Source: an uncultured Bacteroidales bacterium (lineage in GTDB: Bacteria; Bacteroidota; Bacteroidia; Bacteroidales; UBA11471). Taken from it: 64,000 nt of DNA. Below the pieces are notes generated by a model. The model worked only from the letters and a program-made list of their open reading frames with translations. It was not told the DNA's origin and did no database searches. Within the stretch, counting starts at the first letter, position 1. Each line of letters starts with the position of its first letter. Below, in pieces: positions 1 through 10,497 of this stretch. Location of the stretch: positions 115,471 through 179,470 of the forward strand of contig CANQDQ010000002.1 of NCBI GenBank assembly GCA_947593515.1, in the 5' to 3' direction. Made by a program: the position numbers and the translations under genes.

Positions 1-84
1 AATAAAAAAAGAAAATGATGATGCAATGGGGTTCTTGCGGGGAAAATTCGCAAAGATTTTTCCGGTTGATTTCTCTTTTTTTCA

Positions 85-92
85 TACATTTG
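85..92 (+). promoter_or_regulatory. Bacteroidota -7 promoter motif TAnnTTTG (TACATTTG) upstream of the 112 CDS
   Basis: Exact match to the TAnnTTTG consensus, 20 nt upstream of the ATG at 112. Confidence 0.5.
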
Positions 93-111
93 CATCGTTA
101 AGCGAAAAAAC

Positions 112-681
112 ATGATCAAAGAGATATTTTCCCGTTTATACGGTCTTATGTTCAGACCTACCGCCACGTGGACGAAGATGTCGGAGGCAGGCGAAGCAGC
201 CCATGCGCTGTTTTTCACCCGTTTCCTCTATCCGATAATGGGGGTTGCCGCCTTGTCGTGTTTTACGGTGATTTTGGGCGCGGACTATCAGTCGGGCGAA
301 TTGGAAAAAGTGCTACGCGCGGCTATCGTGGAATTTGTGAAATTCTTTATAGGTTTCTATCTGGTCGTGTTTTTGTGGAAAGAGTTTGCCCTCCGCGTCG
401 CGCTCCCGTATGACAAGGAAACGACCGAGCGATTCTTCGGCTCGCTCCTTGCGGTGTATATGGCGGTCGAAATCGTCGTCAATATTCTGCCGCGCGCTTT
501 TTCGTTTCTCGAATATGCCGTACTGGGAATCACCTATATCGTATGGACGGGCACGGCGGCATTTCTGCACCTCGAAGAGGATAAACGCCGCATTTCCACC
601 ATCATCATTACGGTGCTTGTCTTGGGGCTGCCGTTGATGCTCGAATATGTTTTTTACCTGCTGATGCCCGCCATGAATTGA
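112..681 (+). CDS. Yip1-like multi-pass membrane protein (putative)
   Basis: 189-aa ORF with about 5 hydrophobic helices. The N-terminal 'LMFRPTATW' segment resembles Yip1/DUF1282-type proteins. The gene is followed 7 nt later by smpB. Confidence 0.5.
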   Translation: MIKEIFSRLYGLMFRPTATWTKMSEAGEAAHALFFTRFLYPIMGVAALSCFTVILGADYQSGELEKVLRAAIVEFVKFFIGFYLVVFLWKEFALRVALPYDKETTERFFGSLLAVYMAVEIVVNILPRAFSFLEYAVLGITYIVWTGTAAFLHLEEDKRRISTIIITVLVLGLPLMLEYVFYLLMPAMN

Positions 682-688
682 CATTCGT

Positions 689-1141
689 ATGAAACTTCCG
701 CAGATAAATATCAAAAACCGTCGGGCTTCGTTCGATTACGAACTCTTGGAAACCTACACTGCCGGCATCGTGCTGACGGGTACGGAAATCAAGTCGATAC
801 GGCTCGGAAAAGCCGGATTGGCAGATACTTTCTGCTATTTCAACAACGGCGAGCTGTGGGTGAAAAATATGTATGTGGCGGAGTATTTTTACGGTACGTA
901 TAACAATCACCAAAGCCGCCGCGACCGCAAACTGCTGCTTACGCACAAGGAATTGACGAAATTGCAGCGGCTCGCAAAGGAATCGGGATTTTCCATTATT
1001 CCCACCCGCCTGTTTATCAGTGAAAAAGGTTTGGCGAAATTAGTCATTGCCTTAGCCAAAGGCAAGAAAATGTACGACAAGCGCGAGTCTATAAAAGAAC
1101 GCGAAGACCGCCGCCAGATGGATCGCGCTTTCAAACATTAA
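689..1141 (+). CDS. smpB: SsrA-binding protein SmpB
   Basis: 150 aa. Contains '[29 protein letters not shown]' and a basic C-terminal tail, both typical of SmpB. Confidence 0.93.
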   Translation: MKLPQINIKNRRASFDYELLETYTAGIVLTGTEIKSIRLGKAGLADTFCYFNNGELWVKNMYVAEYFYGTYNNHQSRRDRKLLLTHKELTKLQRLAKESGFSIIPTRLFISEKGLAKLVIALAKGKKMYDKRESIKEREDRRQMDRAFKH

Positions 1142-2349
1142 CAAACGGATACTTTCCGGCAGATAATCAATATTTTATCATTCTTCCATGTGGTGGCGAA
1201 AATGTATGTTTCGCCGCCCTCTTTTATTTTTGCCTGACGGCGCAGCTCGTCTGCCGAAAGCGGAAAGTTGCGGCACGTCAGATTGGCTTGCGGGTAGCGG
1301 GCGGCGCACGTTTTCAGGGTCTGTCGGGAAAAGGGCAGCGTTTCCACGATTTCGAATATCCGCCCTTGAAAATCGGACACGAGTTTTTCGGACGTGTACA
1401 GGTGGCTGCTTGCCGACAATTTGCTGACGCCGAAGTCGCGGCACACCGATTTGTAGGCGCCGGCTTTCAGTATCGAGGCATTCGGTTCGTAGAGGTACGC
1501 GCCGAGCGCAGCCGGCGGTACGGGAGTGGGGAGTGCCGATTCGCCGGAGGGCGTGAACGAATACGTCTGTTCTTCGCCACCCACGAGGTTGATGCAGTGA
1601 ATGACCGCCTCGTCGCTGCACGCGGGCGCCAGCAGGAAAAGCAGCTCTTTGCATTCGTTTTTCACCGACAACACATACACGTCGGTGGAGGCATATTCAC
1701 GCAGCGTCTGCGAAATGTCCAGCATGGGCGACGCTTTCACGAGCAGGCGGGCGCCTTCGGCGGCAACCCGCTGCCACACTTCGGCGATGTCGGGCTCGCA
1801 GTCGGCAAGACCGAATACCCGTCGGTTGCCCCCGCCGCGTCGTGCCGGGTCGATGTAGTAGAGCGCGTGGTGCGGGTGCGGCGCCTGCAAATACTCCCGA
1901 CAGTCGGCGCAGACGACGCTAATATTACGACGCCCGAGCCGGTCGAAATTGTGGCGCGCCACCTCGCAATAGCGCGGGAATCGCTCTATATATGAAACGT
2001 TTTCAGCTGTTTGCGAAAAATAAAGCGTATCGACACCCAGACCGCCCGTAAGGTCGCATATCGTATCGAAGCGTCCGCCGAACAACCGCTGCTTGCATCG
2101 GGCAGTCTCCTCCGACGAGGCTTGCTCTGCCGAGAGCGGCGACGGAAACAGGAGCGATTCGTTTTCCGCCCACGTCGGCAGTTTGCGTCCGGTTTTCTGC
2201 CGTGCCTCTATCTGGTCGATAGCGAATGCCGCCGCTTCGTCGCTGCCGTATTTGAGTCGCAGCCGACAAACATCATCATGCGCGTGCTCGCGTACAAAGT
2301 CGCGGAAATTTTCGAAAACAAGCTGTTCAATCGTTTTATTGTCAGGCAT
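1138..2349 (-). CDS. Class I SAM-dependent methyltransferase with C-terminal THUMP-like region
   Basis: 403 aa. Has the SAM-binding motif I '[10 protein letters not shown]'. Size and architecture fit Bacteroidota THUMP-like methyltransferases. Confidence 0.65.
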   Translation of the reverse strand: MPDNKTIEQLVFENFRDFVREHAHDDVCRLRLKYGSDEAAAFAIDQIEARQKTGRKLPTWAENESLLFPSPLSAEQASSEETARCKQRLFGGRFDTICDLTGGLGVDTLYFSQTAENVSYIERFPRYCEVARHNFDRLGRRNISVVCADCREYLQAPHPHHALYYIDPARRGGGNRRVFGLADCEPDIAEVWQRVAAEGARLLVKASPMLDISQTLREYASTDVYVLSVKNECKELLFLLAPACSDEAVIHCINLVGGEEQTYSFTPSGESALPTPVPPAALGAYLYEPNASILKAGAYKSVCRDFGVSKLSASSHLYTSEKLVSDFQGRIFEIVETLPFSRQTLKTCAARYPQANLTCRNFPLSADELRRQAKIKEGGETYIFATTWKNDKILIICRKVSVC

Positions 2350-2618
2350 TTGAATTTATTTTTCGCGGACACTTTTTACAGTCGTAATTCCACACAAAAA
2401 TACGATAAAATTTCAAGATGCCGAAATCCGAGAAGTCGGAAGACACGCGAAAAAACTCGACGTGTTGAAACAGGTTATTTTCGGCAAGAACAAAATTTTG
2501 ACTTTTGCGCACGTTTTATCTGTGAACATAAAACTGTAACGTAAAAAATGTAGAAATGGGAAAATAAAATTTGCGGCGAGAGATAGCGGAATAATTTGTA
2601 ACAGCCGGCGGTTTTTTC

Positions 2619-2626
2619 TATCTTTG
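2619..2626 (+). promoter_or_regulatory. -7 promoter motif TATCTTTG upstream of pyrK
   Basis: TAnnTTTG match 20 nt upstream of the ATG at 2646. Confidence 0.55.
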
Positions 2627-2645
2627 TGCGGAATATGATTGCAAG

Positions 2646-3425
2646 ATGAAAAAACTGATTTCGGATTTGCGTGTAACCGAAAACGTTGCGTTGCACGATC
2701 GTTATGTTTTGTTGAAGGCTGCGCCTGCCGATGGCACGCCGCTGCCCGAAATGCTGCCCGGACAGTTTGCCGAGTTGCGGGTGGACGGTTCGCCGACGAC
2801 TTTTCTGCGGCGTCCCATTTCTATCAACTATGTCGATAGGGCGGCAAACGAAGTTTGGTTTCTCATACAGCTTGTGGGCGACGGCACGCGGCAGTTGGCA
2901 ACGTTGCGGCAGGGCGACACGCTCAATGTCGTTTATCCGCTGGGCAACGGCTTTTCGCTGCCGTCGGGCGATGAACGCCTGCTGCTCGTGGGCGGCGGCG
3001 TGGGAACAGCCCCGCTGCTCTATTTAGGCAGCATGTTGCATGAAAAGGAGTATGCGCCGCATTTCCTTTTGGGCGCGCGCTCGGCGGGCGATGTGCTGCA
3101 AGCGGAAGCGTTCCGACGCTTCGGCACAGTGGATATAACGACCGAAGACGGCAGCGCCGGCGAGCGGGGATATGTAACGCAGCATTCCCTGTTGCAGAAA
3201 GAACATTTCGACCGCATTTACACCTGCGGTCCCAAGCCCATGATGGTGGCGGTAGCGCGATATGCCCGAGCCAACGGCATTGCCTGCGAAGTGTCGCTCG
3301 AAAACACGATGGCGTGCGGCGTGGGCGCCTGTCTGTGCTGCGTGGAAAATACCCGCGACGGACACGTGTGCGTGTGCAAGGAAGGTCCCGTATTCAATAT
3401 AGAAAAATTGTTATGGCAGATTTAA
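2646..3425 (+). CDS. pyrK: Dihydroorotate dehydrogenase (type 1B) electron-transfer subunit PyrK
   Basis: 259 aa. Has the FAD/NAD ferredoxin-reductase fold motifs 'RRPISI' and 'GGGVGTAP'. The C-terminal 2Fe-2S cysteine cluster is 'CGVGACLCC...CVC'. The gene overlaps pyrD. Confidence 0.9.
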   Translation: MKKLISDLRVTENVALHDRYVLLKAAPADGTPLPEMLPGQFAELRVDGSPTTFLRRPISINYVDRAANEVWFLIQLVGDGTRQLATLRQGDTLNVVYPLGNGFSLPSGDERLLLVGGGVGTAPLLYLGSMLHEKEYAPHFLLGARSAGDVLQAEAFRRFGTVDITTEDGSAGERGYVTQHSLLQKEHFDRIYTCGPKPMMVAVARYARANGIACEVSLENTMACGVGACLCCVENTRDGHVCVCKEGPVFNIEKLLWQI

Positions 3426-4324
3426 GAGTAAATATCGGCAGGCTGTCGTTAAAAAATCCCGTGATGACGGCTTCGGGTACATTCGGTTACGGGGTGGAGT
3501 TTGCCGACTTCATCGACCTTTCCCGTTTGGGCGGCATCATCGTGAAGGGCACGACGCTGAAAGCGCGCGAGGGCAATCCTTATCCCCGTATGGCGGAAAC
3601 GCCGTCGGGTATGCTCAATGCCGTCGGGTTGCAGAACAAGGGCGTGGATTATTTCGTCGAACATATCTATCCGGAAATCAAAGATATAGATACGCATATC
3701 ATCGTCAATGTATCGGGCGCGAGCCTCGACGATTATGCCGAAACGGCACGCCGCCTATCGCCGTTGGAAAAGATTCCCGCCATCGAATTGAATATTTCCT
3801 GTCCGAATGTGAAAGAGGGGGGCATGGCTTTCGGCACTTCCTGCCGGAGCGCCGCTTCGGTGGTGAAAGCCGTGCGTGCGGTTTACGGCGGTACGCTCAT
3901 CGTCAAACTCTCGCCCAATGTTACCGACATCGCCGAGATAGCCCGCGCCGTAGAGGCGGAGGGCGCCGATGCCGTGTCGCTTATCAATACGCTGCTCGGT
4001 ATGGCTGTCGATGCCGAAAGACGGCGTCCCGTACTCTTCACTGTTACGGGTGGATTGTCGGGTGCGTGTGTCAAGCCCGTTGCGCTGCGCATGGTTTGGC
4101 AGGTGTTCCATGCCGTGAAAATTCCCATTGTGGGATTGGGCGGCATCATGAATGCGACCGATGCTGTGGAATTTCTGTTGGCCGGGGCGCGGGCGGTGGA
4201 GATAGGCACAGCCAATTTCATCGACCCGCAGGTGTCGGTGAAAGTCATCGACGGCATCGCGGCTTATCTCGACCGGCAGGGCTGCCGCTCGGTCGAAGAA
4301 ATTATCGGCGGATTACAGGTATAA
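3413..4324 (+). CDS. pyrD: Dihydroorotate dehydrogenase 1B catalytic subunit PyrD
   Basis: The ORF is listed from 3314, but '[27 protein letters not shown]' starting at the ATG at 3413 is the conserved N-terminus. It overlaps the end of pyrK by 13 nt. 'ELNISCPNV' is the active-site region. Confidence 0.92.
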   Translation: MADLRVNIGRLSLKNPVMTASGTFGYGVEFADFIDLSRLGGIIVKGTTLKAREGNPYPRMAETPSGMLNAVGLQNKGVDYFVEHIYPEIKDIDTHIIVNVSGASLDDYAETARRLSPLEKIPAIELNISCPNVKEGGMAFGTSCRSAASVVKAVRAVYGGTLIVKLSPNVTDIAEIARAVEAEGADAVSLINTLLGMAVDAERRRPVLFTVTGGLSGACVKPVALRMVWQVFHAVKIPIVGLGGIMNATDAVEFLLAGARAVEIGTANFIDPQVSVKVIDGIAAYLDRQGCRSVEEIIGGLQV

Positions 4325-4366
4325 CAACCTATAATACAGTGTGATATTGCGTGCGTAAAAATTCTT

Positions 4367-5365
4367 TTATGCACGCAATATTTTTTCTATTTCCGTCAGT
4401 TCTTCGTCGGAGAAAGCCGTGTTGTTCTGGGCGTGGAGATTGGTTTTCAACTGTTCGACGGAGCTTGCGCCTATCAACACCGACGTTACCCGCCGGTCGC
4501 GAAGCAGCCATGCCAGCGCCATTTCTGCCAACGACTGTCCCCGTCGGCGGGCTATTTCGTTCAATCGGGCGATTTGCGAAAGCCGTTCGTCGGTAATTTG
4601 TTCCCGTTTCAGATAACCCGTTTTCCGAGCCGCACGCGAATCGGCGGGAATGCCATGCAGGTAGCGGTCGCTCAACAGCCCTTGCGCCAGCGGCGAGAAG
4701 GCAATCATGCCGATGCCCGTTTCGTCCAGCACCGAAAGCAGTTCCGGCTCCACCCAGCGGTCGAACATCGAATAGCGCGCCTGATGTATCAGGCACGGCA
4801 CACCGCACGCCCGCAGCGCCTCGACGGCTTTGCGCGTCTGCTCGGACTTATAGTTCGATATGCCGGCATACAGGGCTTTTCCCTGTCGCACGATGTCGGC
4901 CAACGCACCCATTGTTTCTTCAATAGGCGTTTCGGGGTCGGGGCGGTGCGAATAAAATATATCGACGTATTCGAGCCCCATGCGCTGCAGGCTTTGGTCG
5001 AGGCTCGCCATCAGGTATTTGCGACTTCCCCAGTTTCCGTAAGGACCCGCCCACATATCGTATCCCGCTTTGGTGGAAATAATCAGTTCGTCCCGATAAC
5101 GCCCCAAACCGTTTTTCAGTATTTTGCCGAAATTTTCTTCCGCCGAGCCGTAAACAGGTCCGTAGTTGTTGGCAAGGTCGAAGTGCGTGATGCCGTTGTC
5201 GAACGCCGTAAAGGCGATGCGGCTGTAATTGGCGTAGTCGTCGACACTGCCGAAATTGTGCCACAGTCCGAGCGAGATAGCCGGCAGCAAAATTCCGCTC
5301 CGCCCGCAGCGGCGGTAATTCATGGCATCGTAGCGATGCTCATCGGCGGTATATGCGTTTTCCAT
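4367..5365 (-). CDS. Aldo/keto reductase (L-glyceraldehyde-3-phosphate reductase / YghZ-like)
   Basis: 'YRRCGRSGILLPAISLGLWHNFG' and AKR motifs run throughout. I chose the start at the internal Met (MENAYTADE...) rather than the 5440 extension. Confidence 0.8.
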   Translation of the reverse strand: MENAYTADEHRYDAMNYRRCGRSGILLPAISLGLWHNFGSVDDYANYSRIAFTAFDNGITHFDLANNYGPVYGSAEENFGKILKNGLGRYRDELIISTKAGYDMWAGPYGNWGSRKYLMASLDQSLQRMGLEYVDIFYSHRPDPETPIEETMGALADIVRQGKALYAGISNYKSEQTRKAVEALRACGVPCLIHQARYSMFDRWVEPELLSVLDETGIGMIAFSPLAQGLLSDRYLHGIPADSRAARKTGYLKREQITDERLSQIARLNEIARRRGQSLAEMALAWLLRDRRVTSVLIGASSVEQLKTNLHAQNNTAFSDEELTEIEKILRA

Positions 5366-5418
5366 ATCATTCTGTTTTTTGCAAATATACGAATCTGTTT
5401 GTAAAAACGGCAATCCGG

Positions 5419-5459
5419 AAAAAACAAAAACAGCAGGCACCTTGCAAATGCCTGCTGTT
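5419..5459 (-). terminator. Rho-independent terminator downstream of htpG
   Basis: 11-bp stem aacagcaggca/tgcctgctgtt, followed by a U-tract on the minus strand (the plus strand has an A-run at 5419-5430). Confidence 0.75.
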
Positions 5460-5485
5460 CGGGGTATCGAAAAGGGGCGGAGGAA

Positions 5486-7537
5486 TTACAGCAGTTCCAC
5501 CGAACGTTTTACGAATCGGCTCAACGCTTCGCCTTTCAGCATATTGTTGGAAATCAAAGCCAAGTCTATCAATTGACGGACGAGCTTGTTTTGTGCGGCG
5601 TAGTCGGAGAGTATCGTTTCCTCCTTTTTGCGCAGTGCTGCCGCTTCGTCCTCTTTGTTTTTGAGGGCATCTTTGTCGGCGACGGGAATTTCCACGTCTT
5701 TCTTGCCTTTGGCAGCCTCTTGCAGCTTGGCGATTTCGTCGTTCAGCGATTTCAGTTGCGTGCGCAACGGCGTCAGCTCGTTGCCGCAAGCCGTTTCGCT
5801 CTCGCTCAATACCCGTTGCGAAAGCGGGTGCAACGTATTGACGATGAGGTTGTAGCTGTCGGGCATCTCGCCGTAGAAACTCATGCCGGGTTGCAGGGCA
5901 GACATATCTTTCATACGGCGCATGAATTCGTTTTGCGTAATGACGATAGGTGCGGCGGTTTCGCCCACAGCCTCGAACATGACCATGAATTCGGCTTTCT
6001 CCACCGTCGGTATCTGCGACTTGAATACGGTCGTGAGCATTTCGCGCTGTTCCGGCGTGAGGGCGACCTCTTTCTTATCCTCTTTGCGAATCAGATTTTC
6101 GACGGTGTCGCTGTCGACGCGCACGAAACGGCTCTTTTCCAACTTCTGCTCCAACATACCGATGAAAGGCACGTCAAGCTGTCCGTCCATCAACAGCACG
6201 CTGTATCCTTTGTTCTGGGCGGCTTCGATGTAGTTGTATTGGGCAATATGGTCGGTGGCGTAGAGGTAAACCAGATTTTTATCTTTGTCGGTCTGTTCGC
6301 TCTCAATCAAAGTTTTGTATTCGTCGAGCGTATAATATTTGTTCGTCGTGTCTTTGAGTAGGGCGAATTTTTGCGCCTTTTCATAGAATTTCTCGTCGGA
6401 GAGCATACCGTATTCGATAAACAGCTTGATGTCGTCCCACTTTTCTTCGTACTGCTTGCGGTCGCTGTTAAAGATTTCCTGTAACCGGTCGGCGACCTTC
6501 TTGGTGATGTAGGTCGAAATTTTCTTCACGTTGGAGTCGCTTTGCAGGTACGAGCGCGATACGTTCAACGGAATGTCGGGCGAATCGATGACGCCTTGCA
6601 GCAACATCAGAAATTCGGGCACGATGCCTTCGACGGAATCGGTTACGAACACTTGGTTGCAGTAGAGCTGTATGCGGTTTTTGTTGATGTCGAAATTGTT
6701 GCGGATTTTCGGGAAGTAGAGAATGCCCGTGAGCTTGAAGGGGTAATCGACGTTGAGGTGAATCCAGAACAGCGGTTCGTCCATCATGGGGTAGAGGTCG
6801 CCGTAGAATTTCTTGTACTCCTCGTCGGTCAGATCTGCCGGCTTTTTCGTCCACGCGGGTGTCGTGTCATTGACGATGCGGTCTTTGTCTGTATCGACGT
6901 ATTTCCCGTCTTTCCATTCCTGTTCTTTCCCGAACACGATAGGAATGGGGAGGAAGCGGCAATATTTTTTAAGCAGGGTTTCGATTTCCGATTTTTCGAG
7001 GAAGTTTTTGTTTTCGTCGTCGATGTAGAGCACGATGTCGGTACCACGCTCGTTCTTGTCGATGTTTTCCATCGTGTACTCGGGCGAGCCGTCGCAGCTC
7101 CACATGACAGCCTGTGCGCCGTCCTGATAAGAGCGCGTGCGTATCTCTACCTTTTTCGACACCATGAACGACGAATAGAAGCCCAAGCCGAAGTGCCCGA
7201 TGATGGCGTTGGCGTCGTTCTTGTATTTTTCGAGGAACTCTTCGGCGCCGGAGAAAGCGATTTGGTTGATGTACTTCTCTATCTCCTCGGCGGTCATGCC
7301 GATGCCGTGGTCGGAGACGGTCAGCGTCCCTGCCTTTTCATCGATCGATACGGTTACGTTCAGATCGCCGAGTTCGCCTTTATAGTCGCCCACCGACGAC
7401 AGCGTTTTTATTTTCTGCGTGGCATCAACGGCATTCGATACCAATTCGCGCAAAAATATTTCGTGGTCGCTGTATAAAAACTTTTTGATGACGGGGAAGA
7501 TGTTGTCGGTTGTTACCCCAATGGTTCCTTTTTGCAT
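5486..7537 (-). CDS. htpG: Molecular chaperone HtpG (Hsp90)
   Basis: 683 aa. The N-terminal 'FLRELVSNAVDA' GHKL ATPase motif and full-length Hsp90 similarity support the call. Confidence 0.96.
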   Translation of the reverse strand: MQKGTIGVTTDNIFPVIKKFLYSDHEIFLRELVSNAVDATQKIKTLSSVGDYKGELGDLNVTVSIDEKAGTLTVSDHGIGMTAEEIEKYINQIAFSGAEEFLEKYKNDANAIIGHFGLGFYSSFMVSKKVEIRTRSYQDGAQAVMWSCDGSPEYTMENIDKNERGTDIVLYIDDENKNFLEKSEIETLLKKYCRFLPIPIVFGKEQEWKDGKYVDTDKDRIVNDTTPAWTKKPADLTDEEYKKFYGDLYPMMDEPLFWIHLNVDYPFKLTGILYFPKIRNNFDINKNRIQLYCNQVFVTDSVEGIVPEFLMLLQGVIDSPDIPLNVSRSYLQSDSNVKKISTYITKKVADRLQEIFNSDRKQYEEKWDDIKLFIEYGMLSDEKFYEKAQKFALLKDTTNKYYTLDEYKTLIESEQTDKDKNLVYLYATDHIAQYNYIEAAQNKGYSVLLMDGQLDVPFIGMLEQKLEKSRFVRVDSDTVENLIRKEDKKEVALTPEQREMLTTVFKSQIPTVEKAEFMVMFEAVGETAAPIVITQNEFMRRMKDMSALQPGMSFYGEMPDSYNLIVNTLHPLSQRVLSESETACGNELTPLRTQLKSLNDEIAKLQEAAKGKKDVEIPVADKDALKNKEDEAAALRKKEETILSDYAAQNKLVRQLIDLALISNNMLKGEALSRFVKRSVELL

Positions 7538-7582
7538 GGTTTTATGTTTTATAAGTTAATTCATAGGTTCGTCCGTAAAAAG

Positions 7583-7613
7583 ACAAAAAAAATGCCAGAC
7601 CCTGCGGTCTGAC
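7583..7613 (-). terminator. Terminator downstream of the clpC-type gene
   Basis: Short stem cagacc/ggtctg followed on the minus strand by a run of 8 U. Confidence 0.55.
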
Positions 7614-7640
7614 ATTTTGACTTGTTTTTCGGAGTTTCTG

Positions 7641-10196
7641 TCAGAGCGGCTGCTCCTGCTGCCGTATCGAGGCGGTGATTTTCGTATCGCCCTCGCGGCA
7701 GTCGAGTACGATGGTGTCGCCTTCGTGCAGTTCGCCTTTCAAAATCGTTTCCGCCAATTCGTCTTCGAGGTAGGTTTGGATAGCCCGTTTCAGCGGACGC
7801 GCCCCGAATTGCTTGTCATACCCTTTCTCGGCGACGAAGTTTTTGGCGGCATCGGTCAATTCGGCATGATACCCCATTTCGGCAATGCGGGCGAAAAATC
7901 CTTTCAACTCGATGTCGATGATTTTATAAATCGCTGCCTTGTCGAGCTGGTCGAACGTGATGATTTCGTCGATGCGGTTCAAAAATTCCGGCGAAAAGGC
8001 TTTGTTCAGCGATTTCTGTATGACCGAGCGCGAAAGCTCTTTGTCGGAAACGGCGCCGGTATCGAAGCCCACGCCGCGCCCGAAGTCTTTGAGCTGCCGC
8101 GTACCGATGTTCGACGTCATGATGATAATCGTATTCTTGAAGTCGATTTTGCGCCCCAGACTGTCGGTAACGTGTCCCTCGTCCATGATTTGCAGCAGAA
8201 TGTTGAACACGTCGGGGTGAGCCTTCTCCAACTCGTCGAGCAGGACGACGGAGTAGGGGTTGCGGCGCACTTTTTCGGTGAGCAGACCGCCCTCCTCGTA
8301 GCCCACGTATCCCGGAGGCGCGCCGACCAATCGCGACACGGTGAATTTTTCCATGTATTCGCTCATGTCCACCCGTATCAGGGCGTCGGACGAGTCGAAC
8401 AGGTATTCCGCCAGTTTCTTTGCCAAGTGTGTTTTGCCCACACCCGTCGGACCCAAGAACAGGAATGTGCCGATAGGCTTGTTCGGGTCTTTCAGCCCGA
8501 TGCGGTTGCGGCGTATGGCTTTGACGATTTTATCGACTGCCGTGTCTTGCCCGATGATGTATTGCTTCAAATCATCGTTCATCTTCAACAGGCGCAGCCC
8601 TTCGGCTTGCGCGATGCGCTGCACGGGTACGCCCGACATCGAAGCTACGGTTTCGGCGATGTCTTCGGCATCGACCACTTCGCGCTGTTCCTGCATGGTT
8701 TTCTCCCAATTGCGTTTCTCTTCTTCGAGTTCGCCTTGCAGGGAGGTTTCTTTGTCGCGGAACATGGCAGCCTCCTCGAATTTCTGCGCTTTTACGGCAT
8801 CGAGTTTTTCTTTCCGGGTCGCTTCTATTTGCGCCTCCAACTCCTCGATGCGCTTGGGCACGACGATGTGGGTGATGTGTATGCGCGACCCCGCTTCGTC
8901 GAGCGCGTCGATGGCTTTGTCGGGGAAGTTCCGGTCGCTGATATAGCGGTCTGCCAATTTCACGCAGGCTTCCAAAGCGGCATCGGTGTAAGACACGTTG
9001 TGGTGTTCTTCGTACCGGTCTTTGATGTTTTTCAGTATCTGCAACGTTTCTTCTGGCGTCGTCGGCGATACCATGATTTTCTGGAAGCGGCGTTCGAGGG
9101 CGCCGTCTTTTTCAATGCTTTTCCGATACTCGTCAAGGGTGGTGGCACCCACGCACTGTATTTCGCCGCGCGCCAACGCCGGTTTGAGCATGTTGGCAGC
9201 GTCGAGCGAACCGGCTGCCCCTCCCGCACCGACGATGGTGTGTATCTCGTCGATGAACAAAATGATGTTCGGATTCTTTTCCAACTCATTGAGAATGGCT
9301 TTGATACGCTCTTCGAATTGTCCGCGGTATTTCGTGCCGGCTACAATCGATGCCATATCGAGAGCGATGACCCGCTTGTCGAAAAGCACGCGGGACACTT
9401 TTTTCTGCACGATGCGCAGGGCAAGTCCTTCGACGATAGCCGATTTACCCACACCCGGCTCGCCTATCAGCACGGGGTTGTTCTTTTTGCGGCGGCTCAA
9501 TATCTGCGCTAACCGCTCGATTTCTTTCTCTCTGCCCACGACAGGGTCGAGGCGGTTTTCTTCGGCGGCGCGCGTCATGTCGTTGCCGAAGTTGTCGAGC
9601 ACGGGCGTGTCGCTGCCCGACTCTTTCATCTGAATGGTGGAAGCGTTTTTCTCTTTTCCCGAAAAACGGTTATCGTCCATTTCATCGTCATCGTCGTCGG
9701 CAAAGTCGGCGCCCATGCGGGGCGAGGCATTCGTTTCGTCTGCCGCACCGCCTTTCGGTGTCGCTCCGTTTTTGACGAAATCGCAAATGTTCTGATAATT
9801 GACGTTGTAGGTGTTGAGCGCTTGCGCAGCCATAGTCGAGGGGTCGCGGAGTATCGCCAGCAACAGATGCTCGGTATCGGTAACTTCGCTTTTCAACAGA
9901 CGCGATTCGAGCAGGCTCGTCCGCAGTACTTTATCGGTATTTTTGTTGATGACTATATCCTGACTGTTTTCGGTCGAAACCGTTTCGGCGCTGCGCAGTT
10001 TTTCTTCTACGGTATGTTTCAGCCGGTCTGATTCCACCCCTAAATAGTGCAGGGCTTCGACCGCCTTGCCGGCGCCGTCTCGCAAAATTCCCAGCAGCAG
10101 ATGTTCCGGTCCGATGAACGGCGTTTGCAACCGTTCGGCTTCTTCCCGGCTGTAACCTAAAACATTACGTACTCGTTGCGAAAAATTTCTTTCCAT
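7641..10196 (-). CDS. clpC: ATP-dependent Clp protease ATP-binding subunit, ClpC-type AAA+ ATPase
   Basis: 851 aa. It has two Clp_N repeats and two Walker A sites ('GEPGVGKS', 'GPTGVGKT'). A short middle domain carries the UVR-like '[13 protein letters not shown]', which is ClpC-like rather than the long ClpB coiled coil. Confidence 0.88.
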   Translation of the reverse strand: MERNFSQRVRNVLGYSREEAERLQTPFIGPEHLLLGILRDGAGKAVEALHYLGVESDRLKHTVEEKLRSAETVSTENSQDIVINKNTDKVLRTSLLESRLLKSEVTDTEHLLLAILRDPSTMAAQALNTYNVNYQNICDFVKNGATPKGGAADETNASPRMGADFADDDDDEMDDNRFSGKEKNASTIQMKESGSDTPVLDNFGNDMTRAAEENRLDPVVGREKEIERLAQILSRRKKNNPVLIGEPGVGKSAIVEGLALRIVQKKVSRVLFDKRVIALDMASIVAGTKYRGQFEERIKAILNELEKNPNIILFIDEIHTIVGAGGAAGSLDAANMLKPALARGEIQCVGATTLDEYRKSIEKDGALERRFQKIMVSPTTPEETLQILKNIKDRYEEHHNVSYTDAALEACVKLADRYISDRNFPDKAIDALDEAGSRIHITHIVVPKRIEELEAQIEATRKEKLDAVKAQKFEEAAMFRDKETSLQGELEEEKRNWEKTMQEQREVVDAEDIAETVASMSGVPVQRIAQAEGLRLLKMNDDLKQYIIGQDTAVDKIVKAIRRNRIGLKDPNKPIGTFLFLGPTGVGKTHLAKKLAEYLFDSSDALIRVDMSEYMEKFTVSRLVGAPPGYVGYEEGGLLTEKVRRNPYSVVLLDELEKAHPDVFNILLQIMDEGHVTDSLGRKIDFKNTIIIMTSNIGTRQLKDFGRGVGFDTGAVSDKELSRSVIQKSLNKAFSPEFLNRIDEIITFDQLDKAAIYKIIDIELKGFFARIAEMGYHAELTDAAKNFVAEKGYDKQFGARPLKRAIQTYLEDELAETILKGELHEGDTIVLDCREGDTKITASIRQQEQPL

Positions 10197-10497
10197 AAAT
10201 CACTATATTAATGTACAAATATACGAACTATTTTTGTAAAACGTCGTTTTCCTTTTTCATTGTGTGCAAATAATATGCCGCGTCGCATTTTAACCGTTTA
10301 GGAAAATTATTCCTGCCGTTTTGACAGTTATAGCTGCCGAATAGGGTGCAATCGCAAATTTTTATGGAAAATAAATCGCCCGATGCCGTTTTTTCCGAAT
10401 GAAAATTTTTCTAATCGGGAAGAAAGTCGTATCTTAGTGCGCTTTTTCATGGCAGTATGCCATGAGCGAAAAAACAAACAAAACCGATTGAAAATAC

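Noticed and set aside
7617-9512. 631-aa ORF antisense to the clpC-type gene, plus the 201-aa and 211-aa ORFs in other frames
   Set aside because: It has the same shadow-ORF signature. The opposite strand encodes a complete AAA+ protein with both Walker motifs.
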